From: Myxococcales bacterium
Lineage (GTDB): Bacteria; Myxococcota_A; UBA9160; UBA4427
Assembly: GCA_012959805.1 (NCBI GenBank)
Contig: DUCN01000086.1
Location: 4,002 to 68,001 of the forward strand
Length of the DNA: 64,000 nt
Direction of reading: 5' to 3'
Below, piece by piece: positions 36,242 to 45,715 of this stretch. The notes below the pieces were generated by a model. It was not told the origin of the DNA, did not search any database, and saw only the letters and a list, made by a program, of their open reading frames with translations. The position numbers and the translations under genes are program-made. Each line of letters begins with the position of its first letter. Position 1 is the stretch's first letter.

Positions 36242-38014
36242 CTATCCGCGCTGTGGCATCATATCAGCGGCATCGATCCCAGCCACGACCGTGGGCTTCT
36301 TCATCGCGTCGCGTCGGAAGGGCTCACCCAATTCCTGATTGAGCAGAACCTCGATGAAGGTCGTCACTCCATTCACCTGCCCTTTACAGGCAATCCTGAG
36401 CGCCTCGGTCATCTCGGCCTGGGTCTGGACCGCAACCCCTGTTAGGCCACAACCTTCGGCAACTCGTGCGTAGCTCACCTGGGGATCTAATTCCGTACCG
36501 ACGAAATTATCATCGTACCAGAGCGTCGTGTTGCGCTTCTCGGCGCCCCATTGGTAGTTACGGAAAATGATCATTGTGATGGCCGGCCAGTTCTCCCGGC
36601 CTACCGAACTCATCTCGCTCATCGAGATCCCAAAGGCCCCATCGCCGGCAAAGCCCACGACGGGAACATCCGGACATCCAATCTTCGCACCGATGATCGC
36701 TGGGAATCCGTAACCACAGGGTCCGAAAAGCCCGGGCGCCAGATATTTTCGCCCCGACTCGAATGCGGGATAGGCGTTGCCGATCGCGCAGTTGTTTCCG
36801 ATGTCCGAGGAAATGATCGCATCCTTGGGAAGGGCCTCCATAATGGCTCTCCAGGCTTGTCTGGGCGACATCCGGGCCGAGTCGCGACCCCGTGCCCGCT
36901 CATTCCATGTCGTGCCCGGATCGTCATCCTCGTGATCCATCTTGGCGAGCGTGGCCTGCCAATTCGACTTCGTCTCCTGGATGGTTGCTTCGCGCTCGCC
37001 GCGACCCGCATCCCCTGCGTTGGCGGTGAGCTGTTCGAGTATTTGCTCGGCGACTAGTCGCGCGTCGCCCTCTATTCCGACCGCAACATCCTTCGTCAGC
37101 CCGATTCGATCGGCGTTGATGTCGACCTGGATGATCTTCGCCTCGCTCGGCCAATAGTCGATGCCGTATCCGGGCAGCGTCGAGAATGGATTCAATCGAG
37201 TACCTAAGGCGAGTACGACATCCGCTTTGGCGATCAATTCCATTGCCGCCTTTGAGCCGTTGTATCCGAGCGGCCCACAAGCCAGCGGGTGACTTCCTGG
37301 AAACGCATCATTGTGTTGATAGTTACAGCAAACCGGCGCGCTCAGCCGTTCGGCGAGCGCTTGAGAAGCCGGAATACCGTTGCCAAGAATCACGCCGGCA
37401 CCGTTTAGAATCAGGGGGAAGCGGGCTTCGGAGAGCAGTTGCGCGGCGACGGTGATCGCCTGCTTGCCTCCGGCCGACCGCTCGAAGCGAACCATCTGGG
37501 GCATTTCGATGTCGATCACCTGAGTCCAGAAGTCTCGGGGCACATTGATCTGCGCGGGAGCGGAGCCGCGCCAGGCCTTGAGGATCACCCTGTTGAGCAC
37601 TTCTGCGATGCGCGATGGATCGCGGACCTCTTCCTGGTAACAGACCATGTCCCGGAACATCGCCATCTGTTCGACTTCCTGAAAGCCACCCTGCCCAATC
37701 GTCTTGTTGGCCGCCTGGGGTGTCACGAGCAGCATCGGCGTGTGATTCCAGTAGGCGGTCTTCATTGCCGTCACGAAGCCTGTAACACCGGGGCCATTCT
37801 GCGCGATGGCCATCCCCATCTTGCCGCTCGCGCGCGTGTAACCGTCGCAGATGTATCCGCCATTCGTTTCGTGAGCGACATCCCAGAAAGTGATGCCGGC
37901 CTTCGGGAACAGATCGGAGATCGGCATGAAGGCGGAGCCAATGATGCCGAAGGAATGCGCGATCCCATGCATCTGCAGGACCTTTACGAAGGCCTCTTCG
38001 GTGGTCATCTTCAT
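36242..38014 (-). CDS. xsc: Sulfoacetaldehyde acetyltransferase (ThDP-dependent)
   Basis: The product is 590 aa. The N-terminus MKMTTEEAFVKVLQMHGIAHSFGIIGSAFMPISDLFPKAGITFWDVAHE...TPQAANKTIGQGGFQEVEQMAMFRDMVCYQEEVRDP matches my recollection of Xsc proteins closely. The ThDP motif GDGAFGISMSE...N is also present. Confidence 0.85.
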   Translation of the reverse strand: MKMTTEEAFVKVLQMHGIAHSFGIIGSAFMPISDLFPKAGITFWDVAHETNGGYICDGYTRASGKMGMAIAQNGPGVTGFVTAMKTAYWNHTPMLLVTPQAANKTIGQGGFQEVEQMAMFRDMVCYQEEVRDPSRIAEVLNRVILKAWRGSAPAQINVPRDFWTQVIDIEMPQMVRFERSAGGKQAITVAAQLLSEARFPLILNGAGVILGNGIPASQALAERLSAPVCCNYQHNDAFPGSHPLACGPLGYNGSKAAMELIAKADVVLALGTRLNPFSTLPGYGIDYWPSEAKIIQVDINADRIGLTKDVAVGIEGDARLVAEQILEQLTANAGDAGRGEREATIQETKSNWQATLAKMDHEDDDPGTTWNERARGRDSARMSPRQAWRAIMEALPKDAIISSDIGNNCAIGNAYPAFESGRKYLAPGLFGPCGYGFPAIIGAKIGCPDVPVVGFAGDGAFGISMSEMSSVGRENWPAITMIIFRNYQWGAEKRNTTLWYDDNFVGTELDPQVSYARVAEGCGLTGVAVQTQAEMTEALRIACKGQVNGVTTFIEVLLNQELGEPFRRDAMKKPTVVAGIDAADMMPQRG

Positions 38015-38783
38015 TGCGCGTTCTCCTGAGAAAATGGGCGTGAGTTTGCTCGACGAGGCGCAGCGAATTGTTCCGAGTCATTGCGTGAGTTGCACGCCTC
38101 TACTCAATCGCCCAGCAAGCGTGAAGTCTATCGGGGCGGAGCACAATCGGCACGTGGCCGCGGGCCGTGCTCATTCCGTCAGCTCTCGCTCTCCGGCCCC
38201 ATTCGTCGTATTCCACCGCCCCGGGGACAGGTCGCGTCCGAGGTCGAGAGCGACCCGACAAAGATGTGTTCGGCGACGGATCTTCCGGGATCGTCCAGAT
38301 CTTTCCGTTCGAATGAAATCGTGGCGCGGGCGTATTGCAGGTCGGACAAAACATCGTTGGCCACTCACTCGGCCGCTCAAACGTGCGAATTGAATCCTCA
38401 CCCCAACCCAATGAAGACTCTTCGCCGCCGTCGCGAGCAGGCACGCGATCACAAAATCGGCAAGAACCGGCGCAGCCCCCCAGTTCTTGAAGAGGGGCCC
38501 GAGGATGCCGAAATAGCCAACCTCCATGAGCGCAAGTCGGGTCAGGACCGTGAATGAGGCGAAGACACCGATGAGAACGAGCAGTCGACTCTACATGAGG
38601 ACTTCCTTGGTTGATCGGGGTGACAGAATGAAGCCGAGTACGATGCCCCGCAATCACCCCCGAAGTCATTCAATGGGCTCACGAAGTATCGGACAATCTG
38701 CTGTGATCAGTCCCTGCGACTCAGTGTACTCAGGATGTAGAAAGCAATCGGTAGATTCCAATCTGGGGCAGTCGAACCGGGCC

Positions 38784-39047
38784 ATGCCGGGCGAGCGCGA
38801 AGAAAAAGCGTTAGGCGGATTAGAAAACAAACAGGTCTTGAACGAGCACTGGGCAACCGAGGATGCGGCGTGGGTTTCGGTCCCGCCTCTCGAAATCAAG
38901 AAAGACGGCGTAAGCATCTCGGTCTTCACGGTGACCTCGACCTTCCGAACGGCACAAGATGGCTCTGCCGACGAACTTCGAATCGAGAGCATGTTCCCGG
39001 CTGATGAATCAACCGAGCGGCTCTTTCGCGATGCCGTAGGTCACTGA
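38784..39047 (+). CDS. Hypothetical protein (weak call)
   Basis: This is the 87-codon part of ORF 38526..39047 from an internal ATG. Third-position GC is moderate and the stretch NEHWATEDAAWVSVPPLEIKKDGVSISVFTVTSTFRTAQDGSADELRIESMF looks protein-like. I recognise no family. Confidence 0.3.
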   Translation: MPGEREEKALGGLENKQVLNEHWATEDAAWVSVPPLEIKKDGVSISVFTVTSTFRTAQDGSADELRIESMFPADESTERLFRDAVGH

Positions 39048-39248
39048 GGGCTCCGAATCCAGCCGAGATCCAGACCTGTCGGAACGCGAGCGAGCGAAGG
39101 CCCCAACAGCACTCAATCCGGCGCAAGATCCCCAATCATGGACGGTGGAGCGGGACCGGCGAGTTGACTAGAGTTCAGCCTCCCGCAGCGACGAACCGAT
39201 GCGCGGCCGCGACTATACGATCGCAAGACGATCGAGAGGAGAATCCAC

Positions 39249-40550
39249 ATGAGTGAAGAAAAGGGACAAGGACTGGGAACACTGGCGGTGCATGCGGGCC
39301 AGGTGCCGGACCCGACGACGAACGCAAGAGCGGTCCCCATCTACGCGACGACCTCCTATGTCTTCAACGACACGGAGCACGCCGCGAACCTCTTCGCCCT
39401 CGCGGAACTCGGCAACATCTATACGCGGATCATGAACCCGACCAATGATGTTCTCGAGAAGCGGCTGGCCGCGATGGACGGCGGCGCGATGGGCCTCGCC
39501 TTCGCTTCCGGACAGGCAGCGATCAATGCCGCGATCCTCACGATCTGTCACTCCGGACAGAACTTCGTCGCGTCGACGAGTCTCTACGGCGGGACCTGGA
39601 CGCTCTTCACCAACACCTTCAAGAACATGGGCGTCGAGGTCCGCTTCTTCGATCCGAACAAACCGGAAGAGATCCATGATCTCGTTGATGAAAACACGCG
39701 CTGCGTCTATTTCGAGAGCATCGGCAACCCGAAGAACGACGTCCCGGATTTCCGAGCGATCTCCGACATTGCGCACGGACACGGGCTTCCGGTTCTCTGC
39801 GACAACACGGTGATGACGCCCATACTACTTCGCCCTATCGACCACGGCGTCGACATCGTGATCTACTCGACGACGAAATTCATCGGCGGACACGGCGTGC
39901 ATATTGGCGGCGTGATCGTCGACAGCGCGAATTTCCCCTGGGCCGAGAACCCCGATCGTTGGCCCGAACTCTGCGGTCCATCACCTTCCTATCATGGTGC
40001 CGTGCTTGAAGAAGCGCTGCGGCCGATGGGTAACATCTCCTACATCATGCATATCCGAACGCATTGGCTTCGGGATACCGGCGCGTGCATGAGTCCCTTC
40101 GCGGCGTTCCTTACTTTGCAAGGACTCGAGACGCTGCACCTTCGAATGCCACGCCACTGCGAAAACGCCTTGGCAGTCGCGAAATTCCTCGATGCCCACG
40201 ACGCAGTCGAATGGGTCAACTACCCGGGACTTCCCAGTCATGGTCATCACGAGGCGGCCAACCGTTATTTGCCGGACGGCGCCGGCGCGATCGTCGGCTT
40301 CGGAATCAAGGGAGGCCAAGCGGCCGGGAAGAAGTTCATCGAAAGCGTAGAACTGGCGAGTCACCTCGCCAATATTGGAGACGCCAAGACCCTCGTCATC
40401 CACCCGGCCTCGACGACCCATTCGCAACTCACGCAGGAAGAGCAGCACTCGACGGGCGTGACACCGGAATATGTTCGCATCTCCGTCGGAATCGAAGATG
40501 CCGCGGACATCATCGCGGACCTCGATCAGGCCCTCGCAGCAAGCCGTTAG
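39249..40550 (+). CDS. metY: O-acetylhomoserine sulfhydrylase / aminocarboxypropyltransferase (PLP-dependent)
   Basis: It contains GTLAVHAGQVPDPTTNARAVPIYATTSYVF...NPTNDVLEKRLAAMDGG. The PLP-Lys motif is YSTTKFIGGHG, followed by IGDAKTLVIHPASTTHSQL. The RBS is GAGAGGAG. Confidence 0.9.
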   Translation: MSEEKGQGLGTLAVHAGQVPDPTTNARAVPIYATTSYVFNDTEHAANLFALAELGNIYTRIMNPTNDVLEKRLAAMDGGAMGLAFASGQAAINAAILTICHSGQNFVASTSLYGGTWTLFTNTFKNMGVEVRFFDPNKPEEIHDLVDENTRCVYFESIGNPKNDVPDFRAISDIAHGHGLPVLCDNTVMTPILLRPIDHGVDIVIYSTTKFIGGHGVHIGGVIVDSANFPWAENPDRWPELCGPSPSYHGAVLEEALRPMGNISYIMHIRTHWLRDTGACMSPFAAFLTLQGLETLHLRMPRHCENALAVAKFLDAHDAVEWVNYPGLPSHGHHEAANRYLPDGAGAIVGFGIKGGQAAGKKFIESVELASHLANIGDAKTLVIHPASTTHSQLTQEEQHSTGVTPEYVRISVGIEDAADIIADLDQALAASR

Positions 40551-40590
40551 TTGCCTGCCGATCAGCTGGGCGTAAGCCTGGCCGGTCGGC

Positions 40591-42402
40591 GTGGAGCCAA
40601 TCGCCGTGAGTGATTCCCCAACAACCGATGCGTTGCGTAGCGCTTCGCCCCTGCGGCACGCGCGCACCTGGATTTCGAAGGAAACCCTCGAACTCGAAAA
40701 TGGCAGTCAGCTTTCCGATGTCAACGTCTGCTTCGAAACCTGGGGAAACCTCGACAAGGACGCTTCGAATGCGGTCTTGATTCCGCACGCCTTGAGCGGT
40801 GACTCGCATGTGACACGACATGAGGAAGACGACGAACCCGGCTGGTGGGAACTCCTCGTCGGACCGGGCAAACCGATCGACACCGACCGCTATTTCGTCA
40901 TCTGCTCAAATGTGTTAGGCGGGTGCCGGGGAACGACGGGACCCAACTTTGAAAATCCCGAAACCGGAACCGCCTACGGTGCCGAGTTTCCAGTCGTCAC
41001 GGTCCGCGACATGGTTGAGGTCCAGAAACGACTCGTCGACGAACTTGGAATCAAGCAACTGCGCGCAGTCGTGGGTGGATCGCTCGGCGGACTTCAGGCG
41101 CTCACCTGGGCCATCGAACATCCGGAGCGTGTCGGCGCCTGTATCGTTCTGGCGGCAGCTCCACGACTCAGCAGCCAGGGCATTGCCTTTGATGTGGTCG
41201 GACGAAACGCGATCCGCCACGACCCGTGTTTTGCGGGCGGACAATATTACGGAGGCCCCTCACCCGAGGCCGGCCTAGCGCTGGCACGCATGCTCGCGCA
41301 CATCACCTATCTCTCCGACGAATCCATGCGTACAAAATTCGATCCGACCAGGCTCCAGCCGCGATCGGTCGAGGGCGGATTCGAAAACATCTTTTCCGTC
41401 GGCTCCTACCTCGCACACCAGGGCGGGCGCTTCGTTGAACGCTTCGACGCGAATAGCTATATCACGCTGTCGACGGCCATGGATCTCTTTGATCTCGGAG
41501 AGCCTGGCGCCAAGCTCGAAGCGTCCCTCAGTCCGGCGACTTGTCGCTGGCTCTTCCTCAGCTTCTCGAGTGATTGGCTCTATCCACCCGAGGCCTCTCG
41601 CCAACTCGTCGACGCACTCGTCGCCCGTTCGCAACCCGTCAGCAGCTGCAACATCGAAAGCAGCGTCGGACACGACTCCTTTCTACTCGAAGAACCCATG
41701 CGACTCGGCGGAAGAATGGTCGCCTCGATGCTCGCCAACGAATCAGACACATCGGGCCCGATCCGTGTTCCCGAAGAACCCCGCATCGAGGATGCGACGA
41801 GCATCTTCTACGCACAGAGACTCGACTACGAGATGATCCTGCGCCTCATGCCCCGTGGAGCCAGCATCATCGACCTCGGATGTGGAAACGGAGAACTTCT
41901 CTCGATCCTTCGCGACCGCGACCACCACCCTCTTCGCGGCATCGAGCGAGACAGCCACGCCGTCGCCGACTGCGTCGACCGAGGTCTCGACGTCATCCAC
42001 GCAGACCTCGAAGAGGGGCTACCCGCGATTCCTGACCAGAGCTTCGAAGTCGCCCTACTTTCCCAGACCCTGCAATCGATCATCGATGTCGTCGGCGTAC
42101 TCGATGAAGTGGTTCGGATCGGCCGGCGCGGAATCGTGAGCTTCCCGAATTTCGCCTATCTCCCAATGCGCGAAATGTTCCTGCGAGACGGCCGCCTACC
42201 GAAAGCCGAAGGCCTATACGCCTACGATTGGCACGATACGCCGAATCGGCGTTTCCCATCGATCCTCGATTTCCAGGAACTCTGCGCGCAGCGTGGAATC
42301 CGTATCCTCGAAGCGATCTTCGTCGACTCCATGTCGAGTCAAGAAATCCATGACGACCCGAATCGGAATGCGGATATTGCGGTCATGGTGCTGGCCCGAT
42401 GA
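40591..42402 (+). CDS. metX: Homoserine O-acetyltransferase MetX fused to the methionine biosynthesis protein MetW
   Basis: A single 603-aa ORF. The MetX part has LIPHALSGDSH, NVLGGCRGTTGP, the nucleophile elbow VVGGSLGGLQAL, and GHDSFLLE. A ~40-aa linker follows. The MetW part is LDYEMILRLMPRGASIIDLGCGNGELLSIL...VSFPNFAYLPMR. Confidence 0.85.
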   Translation: MEPIAVSDSPTTDALRSASPLRHARTWISKETLELENGSQLSDVNVCFETWGNLDKDASNAVLIPHALSGDSHVTRHEEDDEPGWWELLVGPGKPIDTDRYFVICSNVLGGCRGTTGPNFENPETGTAYGAEFPVVTVRDMVEVQKRLVDELGIKQLRAVVGGSLGGLQALTWAIEHPERVGACIVLAAAPRLSSQGIAFDVVGRNAIRHDPCFAGGQYYGGPSPEAGLALARMLAHITYLSDESMRTKFDPTRLQPRSVEGGFENIFSVGSYLAHQGGRFVERFDANSYITLSTAMDLFDLGEPGAKLEASLSPATCRWLFLSFSSDWLYPPEASRQLVDALVARSQPVSSCNIESSVGHDSFLLEEPMRLGGRMVASMLANESDTSGPIRVPEEPRIEDATSIFYAQRLDYEMILRLMPRGASIIDLGCGNGELLSILRDRDHHPLRGIERDSHAVADCVDRGLDVIHADLEEGLPAIPDQSFEVALLSQTLQSIIDVVGVLDEVVRIGRRGIVSFPNFAYLPMREMFLRDGRLPKAEGLYAYDWHDTPNRRFPSILDFQELCAQRGIRILEAIFVDSMSSQEIHDDPNRNADIAVMVLAR

Positions 42403-42459
42403 ATGGGGCGGCACGCCAAGCCGCTCCCACACGACTTCCATGGGCAAGTCAACGTACTC

Positions 42460-42729
42460 CTATTCTTGTGCCGCGGCCAACCTCGCGCGCTGTGGCTGAG
42501 CAAGGCCACCCCCCAAGGCTCGCACGACCATTGTCATCGCACGCATGGCATAAGGTGCGAACTCTGGTCCGGACTTCAGGAGATCCATGCGTGCCTGCTG
42601 GACGAGGGCAATCTCTCGACTGCGCGAACACGATGGTGAGTGGAGACCCATCTCAAGCCACGCTTCGAATTCATGAAGAAAGCGGGTCTGGCCGGGGCTG
42701 CGAACATCGATGATTCCACCATCCCCCAT
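42460..42729 (-). CDS. Hypothetical protein (weak call)
   Basis: An 89-aa ORF with acceptable third-position GC. I recognise no motif. It could be a remnant. Confidence 0.25.
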   Translation of the reverse strand: MGDGGIIDVRSPGQTRFLHEFEAWLEMGLHSPSCSRSREIALVQQARMDLLKSGPEFAPYAMRAMTMVVRALGGGLAQPQRARLAAAQE

Positions 42730-42813
42730 GCCTTTTTCGCGCTGAGCGGCGAGGGGCCCCCGACGTGGAAAATCTTCCTCCCTATTTTGCGCTAGGCACC
42801 GTACAATTCCTGT

Positions 42814-45267
42814 GTGCTGAAACCCTATCGCGTGATCGACCTCTCCAACGAACGGGGGCTGCTATGTGGTCAGATTCTGGCCGACCTCGGAGCCGATGTC
42901 ATTCAAGTCGAAGCGCTCGCAGGCAGTAGCGCAAGACAATGCGGACCCTGGTACAAGGGCGAGCCCGGCCCCGAGAATTCACTCTTTTTTTGGGCCTACG
43001 CACGCAACAAGCGAAGCCTCTGCCTTGATCTCGAATCTTCGGAAGGCATCGCAGAGATCAAAAAACTCGTGGCGGGCGCGGACTTCCTGATCGAGTCGGG
43101 CATTCCAGGGGAGATGGACCTCCTGGGACTTGGCTACGACGAGCTGTCGCGCGAGAATCCCGGATTGATCTACGTATCGATCTCGGGTTTCGGACAAAAG
43201 GGACCAAAGGCAAAATGGCATAACACCGATCTGACCCAAATGGCCTCGAGCGGCGTCGCCTACTTGTCGGGCGACGCCGACCGGCCACCGGTTCGGATTT
43301 GCGTTCCACAGGCGCATGCCCATGCGGGAGGCGACGCCGCGGTCGGGGCGCTGATTGCGCACTTCGAAAGAAAGCAGAGCGGTCTCGGACAACACGTCGA
43401 CATCTCGGTCCAACAGTCCACAACTCTCGCCACCATGTTCCGCTCTCTGGACGTACCGCTGGAACAAGCCCCGGCAGAACGCCTTTCCGGCGGCGTGCAT
43501 ATCGTTGGGCAGTTTCTTCCGACTCGGTTCCTCTTGCGAGATGGCTATGTCGTCCTGGGACCAGCCTATCTTCCCAGTACGGGACATTTCATGAATCGCC
43601 TGCTCCAATATGCCGCGGAAGAGGGATTCGCCGATCCCTCGCTCATGGATGAGGAATGGGGCGCTTTTGCCATTCGCATGACGACGGGGGAACGCCCGCC
43701 TAACGCTTACGAGCCGGTGGCCGCCTTGCTGACCGAATTTTTCGCGACCAAGACCAAGTCCGAATTGATGGCGGCTGCGCTCAAGCGAAAACTCCTACTG
43801 GCCCCCATGCTCGGCATTGAATCCATCATCGACAGCGAACACCTCGCGGAACGCGAGTTCGAGTTCACCCATGCGCATAGAGACCATGGCACCCCCACGC
43901 GATTCCCCGGCCCCTTCGCCAAGTTTTCGAACACCCCCATCCAATCGCGTCGACCGCCACCGACCCTCGGCCAGCACAACGCCGAGATCGCAGACGAAGC
44001 CCCACGCTCACCGGCAACGACCACGGGAGCCAGCGTTGAAATAACCGGATCAATCGATCCGCAGCACACTGATCGCCCTCTCGAAGGCGTCAAGATTCTC
44101 GATCTCTTCTGGGTTCTCGCTGGCCCGGGGGCGACCCGAATGCTGGCGGACTACGGCGCGACTGTTGTTCGCGTCGAATCACAGGGCCATCTGGATACAT
44201 TGCGTGTCATCCCGCCCTACCAGTTCAGCCACCCCCATCTCGAAGGGGCCGGCGGATTTCAATCGGCCAATGCGAACAAACTTGGCATCACCCTTGAGAT
44301 CTCAACGGACGGCGGTAAAGAAATCCTGCGTGACCTGGTCGAGTGGGCCGATGTCGTGACGGAATCCTTCGCACCGGGCGTAATCGAAGGGCTTGGCCTT
44401 GGATATGAAGCGCTCCGAGAGATCAAGCCCGACATCGTCATGATTTCCAGCTGCCTGATGGGGCAGACCGGTTCGTGGCGCACTTTCACGGGCTTCGGAA
44501 ATCTCGCGGCCAGCGTCACCGGCTTTTCGAGCCTCGCCAGTTGGCCCGGCCGCCCTCCCTCCGGACCCTACGGCGCATACACCGACTTCATCGGCGTTCG
44601 CTACAACGCTGTGTCGATCCTGGCTGCTCTTGACCATCGCGATCGCACGGGCGAAGGCCAGTACATTGATATGTCCCAGGCCGAAGCCGCCCTTCAGTTC
44701 CTGGCTCCCGCGTACCTGGACTACACGGTCAACGGCGAATTACGCGAGGCCGTCGGGAACGAGGATCTCGAGCATTCGCCCCACGGATTCTACCCCTGCG
44801 CCGGAGACGATCGTTGGGTGGCCATCGTCGTAACCAGCGAACTGCAATTCCAGGCGCTCTGCTCCCTGATGGAACGACCCGATTTGTTAGGCCACAGGGA
44901 CGACCGTGATCGAGTCGACGCGGCCATTTCAGAGTGGACGGCCAACCAGGACGGCCCCAATCTCGAGGAATCTCTTCAGGCTGCCGGGATCGCTGCTCAT
45001 CGAGCCCTCGACACACCCGAGCTACACGCAGACGAACAACTTCAGGCTCGCGAACACTACTACGAGGTCACGCACGAGATCTATCAGACACACACTCTCG
45101 AAAGCTCGCGCCTGCGACTGTCCCGCAGTCCTGAGAAGCGAGCCGAATCCGCACTCTGCTTCGGCCGCGACGCCCGCTTCGTTCTCGAATCGATCCTCGG
45201 CTATTCGGACGATCGGATCGACGCGCTACGCAACGATGGAGTGTTCGGACCCCCAAGTTCCGACTAG
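42814..45267 (+). CDS. Tandem-duplicated family III (CaiB/BaiF) CoA-transferase
   Basis: The 817-aa product carries two complete CoA-transferase III modules. Each begins with the Rossmann-like signature: RVIDLSNERGLLCGQILADLGADVIQVE, and VKILDLFWVLAGPGATRMLADYGATVVRVE at about residue 430. Confidence 0.85.
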   Translation: MLKPYRVIDLSNERGLLCGQILADLGADVIQVEALAGSSARQCGPWYKGEPGPENSLFFWAYARNKRSLCLDLESSEGIAEIKKLVAGADFLIESGIPGEMDLLGLGYDELSRENPGLIYVSISGFGQKGPKAKWHNTDLTQMASSGVAYLSGDADRPPVRICVPQAHAHAGGDAAVGALIAHFERKQSGLGQHVDISVQQSTTLATMFRSLDVPLEQAPAERLSGGVHIVGQFLPTRFLLRDGYVVLGPAYLPSTGHFMNRLLQYAAEEGFADPSLMDEEWGAFAIRMTTGERPPNAYEPVAALLTEFFATKTKSELMAAALKRKLLLAPMLGIESIIDSEHLAEREFEFTHAHRDHGTPTRFPGPFAKFSNTPIQSRRPPPTLGQHNAEIADEAPRSPATTTGASVEITGSIDPQHTDRPLEGVKILDLFWVLAGPGATRMLADYGATVVRVESQGHLDTLRVIPPYQFSHPHLEGAGGFQSANANKLGITLEISTDGGKEILRDLVEWADVVTESFAPGVIEGLGLGYEALREIKPDIVMISSCLMGQTGSWRTFTGFGNLAASVTGFSSLASWPGRPPSGPYGAYTDFIGVRYNAVSILAALDHRDRTGEGQYIDMSQAEAALQFLAPAYLDYTVNGELREAVGNEDLEHSPHGFYPCAGDDRWVAIVVTSELQFQALCSLMERPDLLGHRDDRDRVDAAISEWTANQDGPNLEESLQAAGIAAHRALDTPELHADEQLQAREHYYEVTHEIYQTHTLESSRLRLSRSPEKRAESALCFGRDARFVLESILGYSDDRIDALRNDGVFGPPSSD

Positions 45268-45715
45268 CAGGCCGAGAACAGCGCGCCGAGTTATCCTCGG
45301 ATCGAGCGCCGCAGGCGACCGATCACCTCGGGCTGCGCAACAAGGGCATCCACACGGACCACATCGATAGAATGCATGACGCAAGAGGTGTGCCTATGCT
45401 CGAATCCGACCGTTGATTGACACTGCGTGCTTCGGCACAGTCCAAGGTTCGATCAATACGTGACGCCCCATCATGATGTCTCACTGAAAACGAGAGAACC
45501 GGCGCAGGCCGCACGGCCGTCGTATTGCTTGCGAGCGACGATCTGATGAAACGCACCAGGACGATCCGACGGGTCGAGGATCGCGCCGAAGAATTCGATG
45601 TTCTTGACGAATCCGGCAAGCGACCAACCGAACGCTATGCACGGCGACTCGAAGATCTAAGACCCGATATCCGACTACGAGGACGGCAGCGCAACCGATC
45701 GTAGAGGAACCAAGA

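Noticed and set aside
39048-39248. A SAM-type riboswitch or leader upstream of metY.
   Set aside because: I could not find SAM-I, SAM-II or SAM-V hallmark segments (for example the conserved 3' AAAGCU pseudoknot strand) or a convincing terminator/antiterminator. It cannot be excluded without a covariance-model scan.
45425-45445. A GTGC-TTCG-GCAC (UUCG tetraloop) hairpin in the 45268-45715 gap, considered as a terminator or small RNA.
   Set aside because: The stem has only 4 bp (plus 3 bp beyond a bulge). There is no T-tract on either strand and no supporting conservation information.
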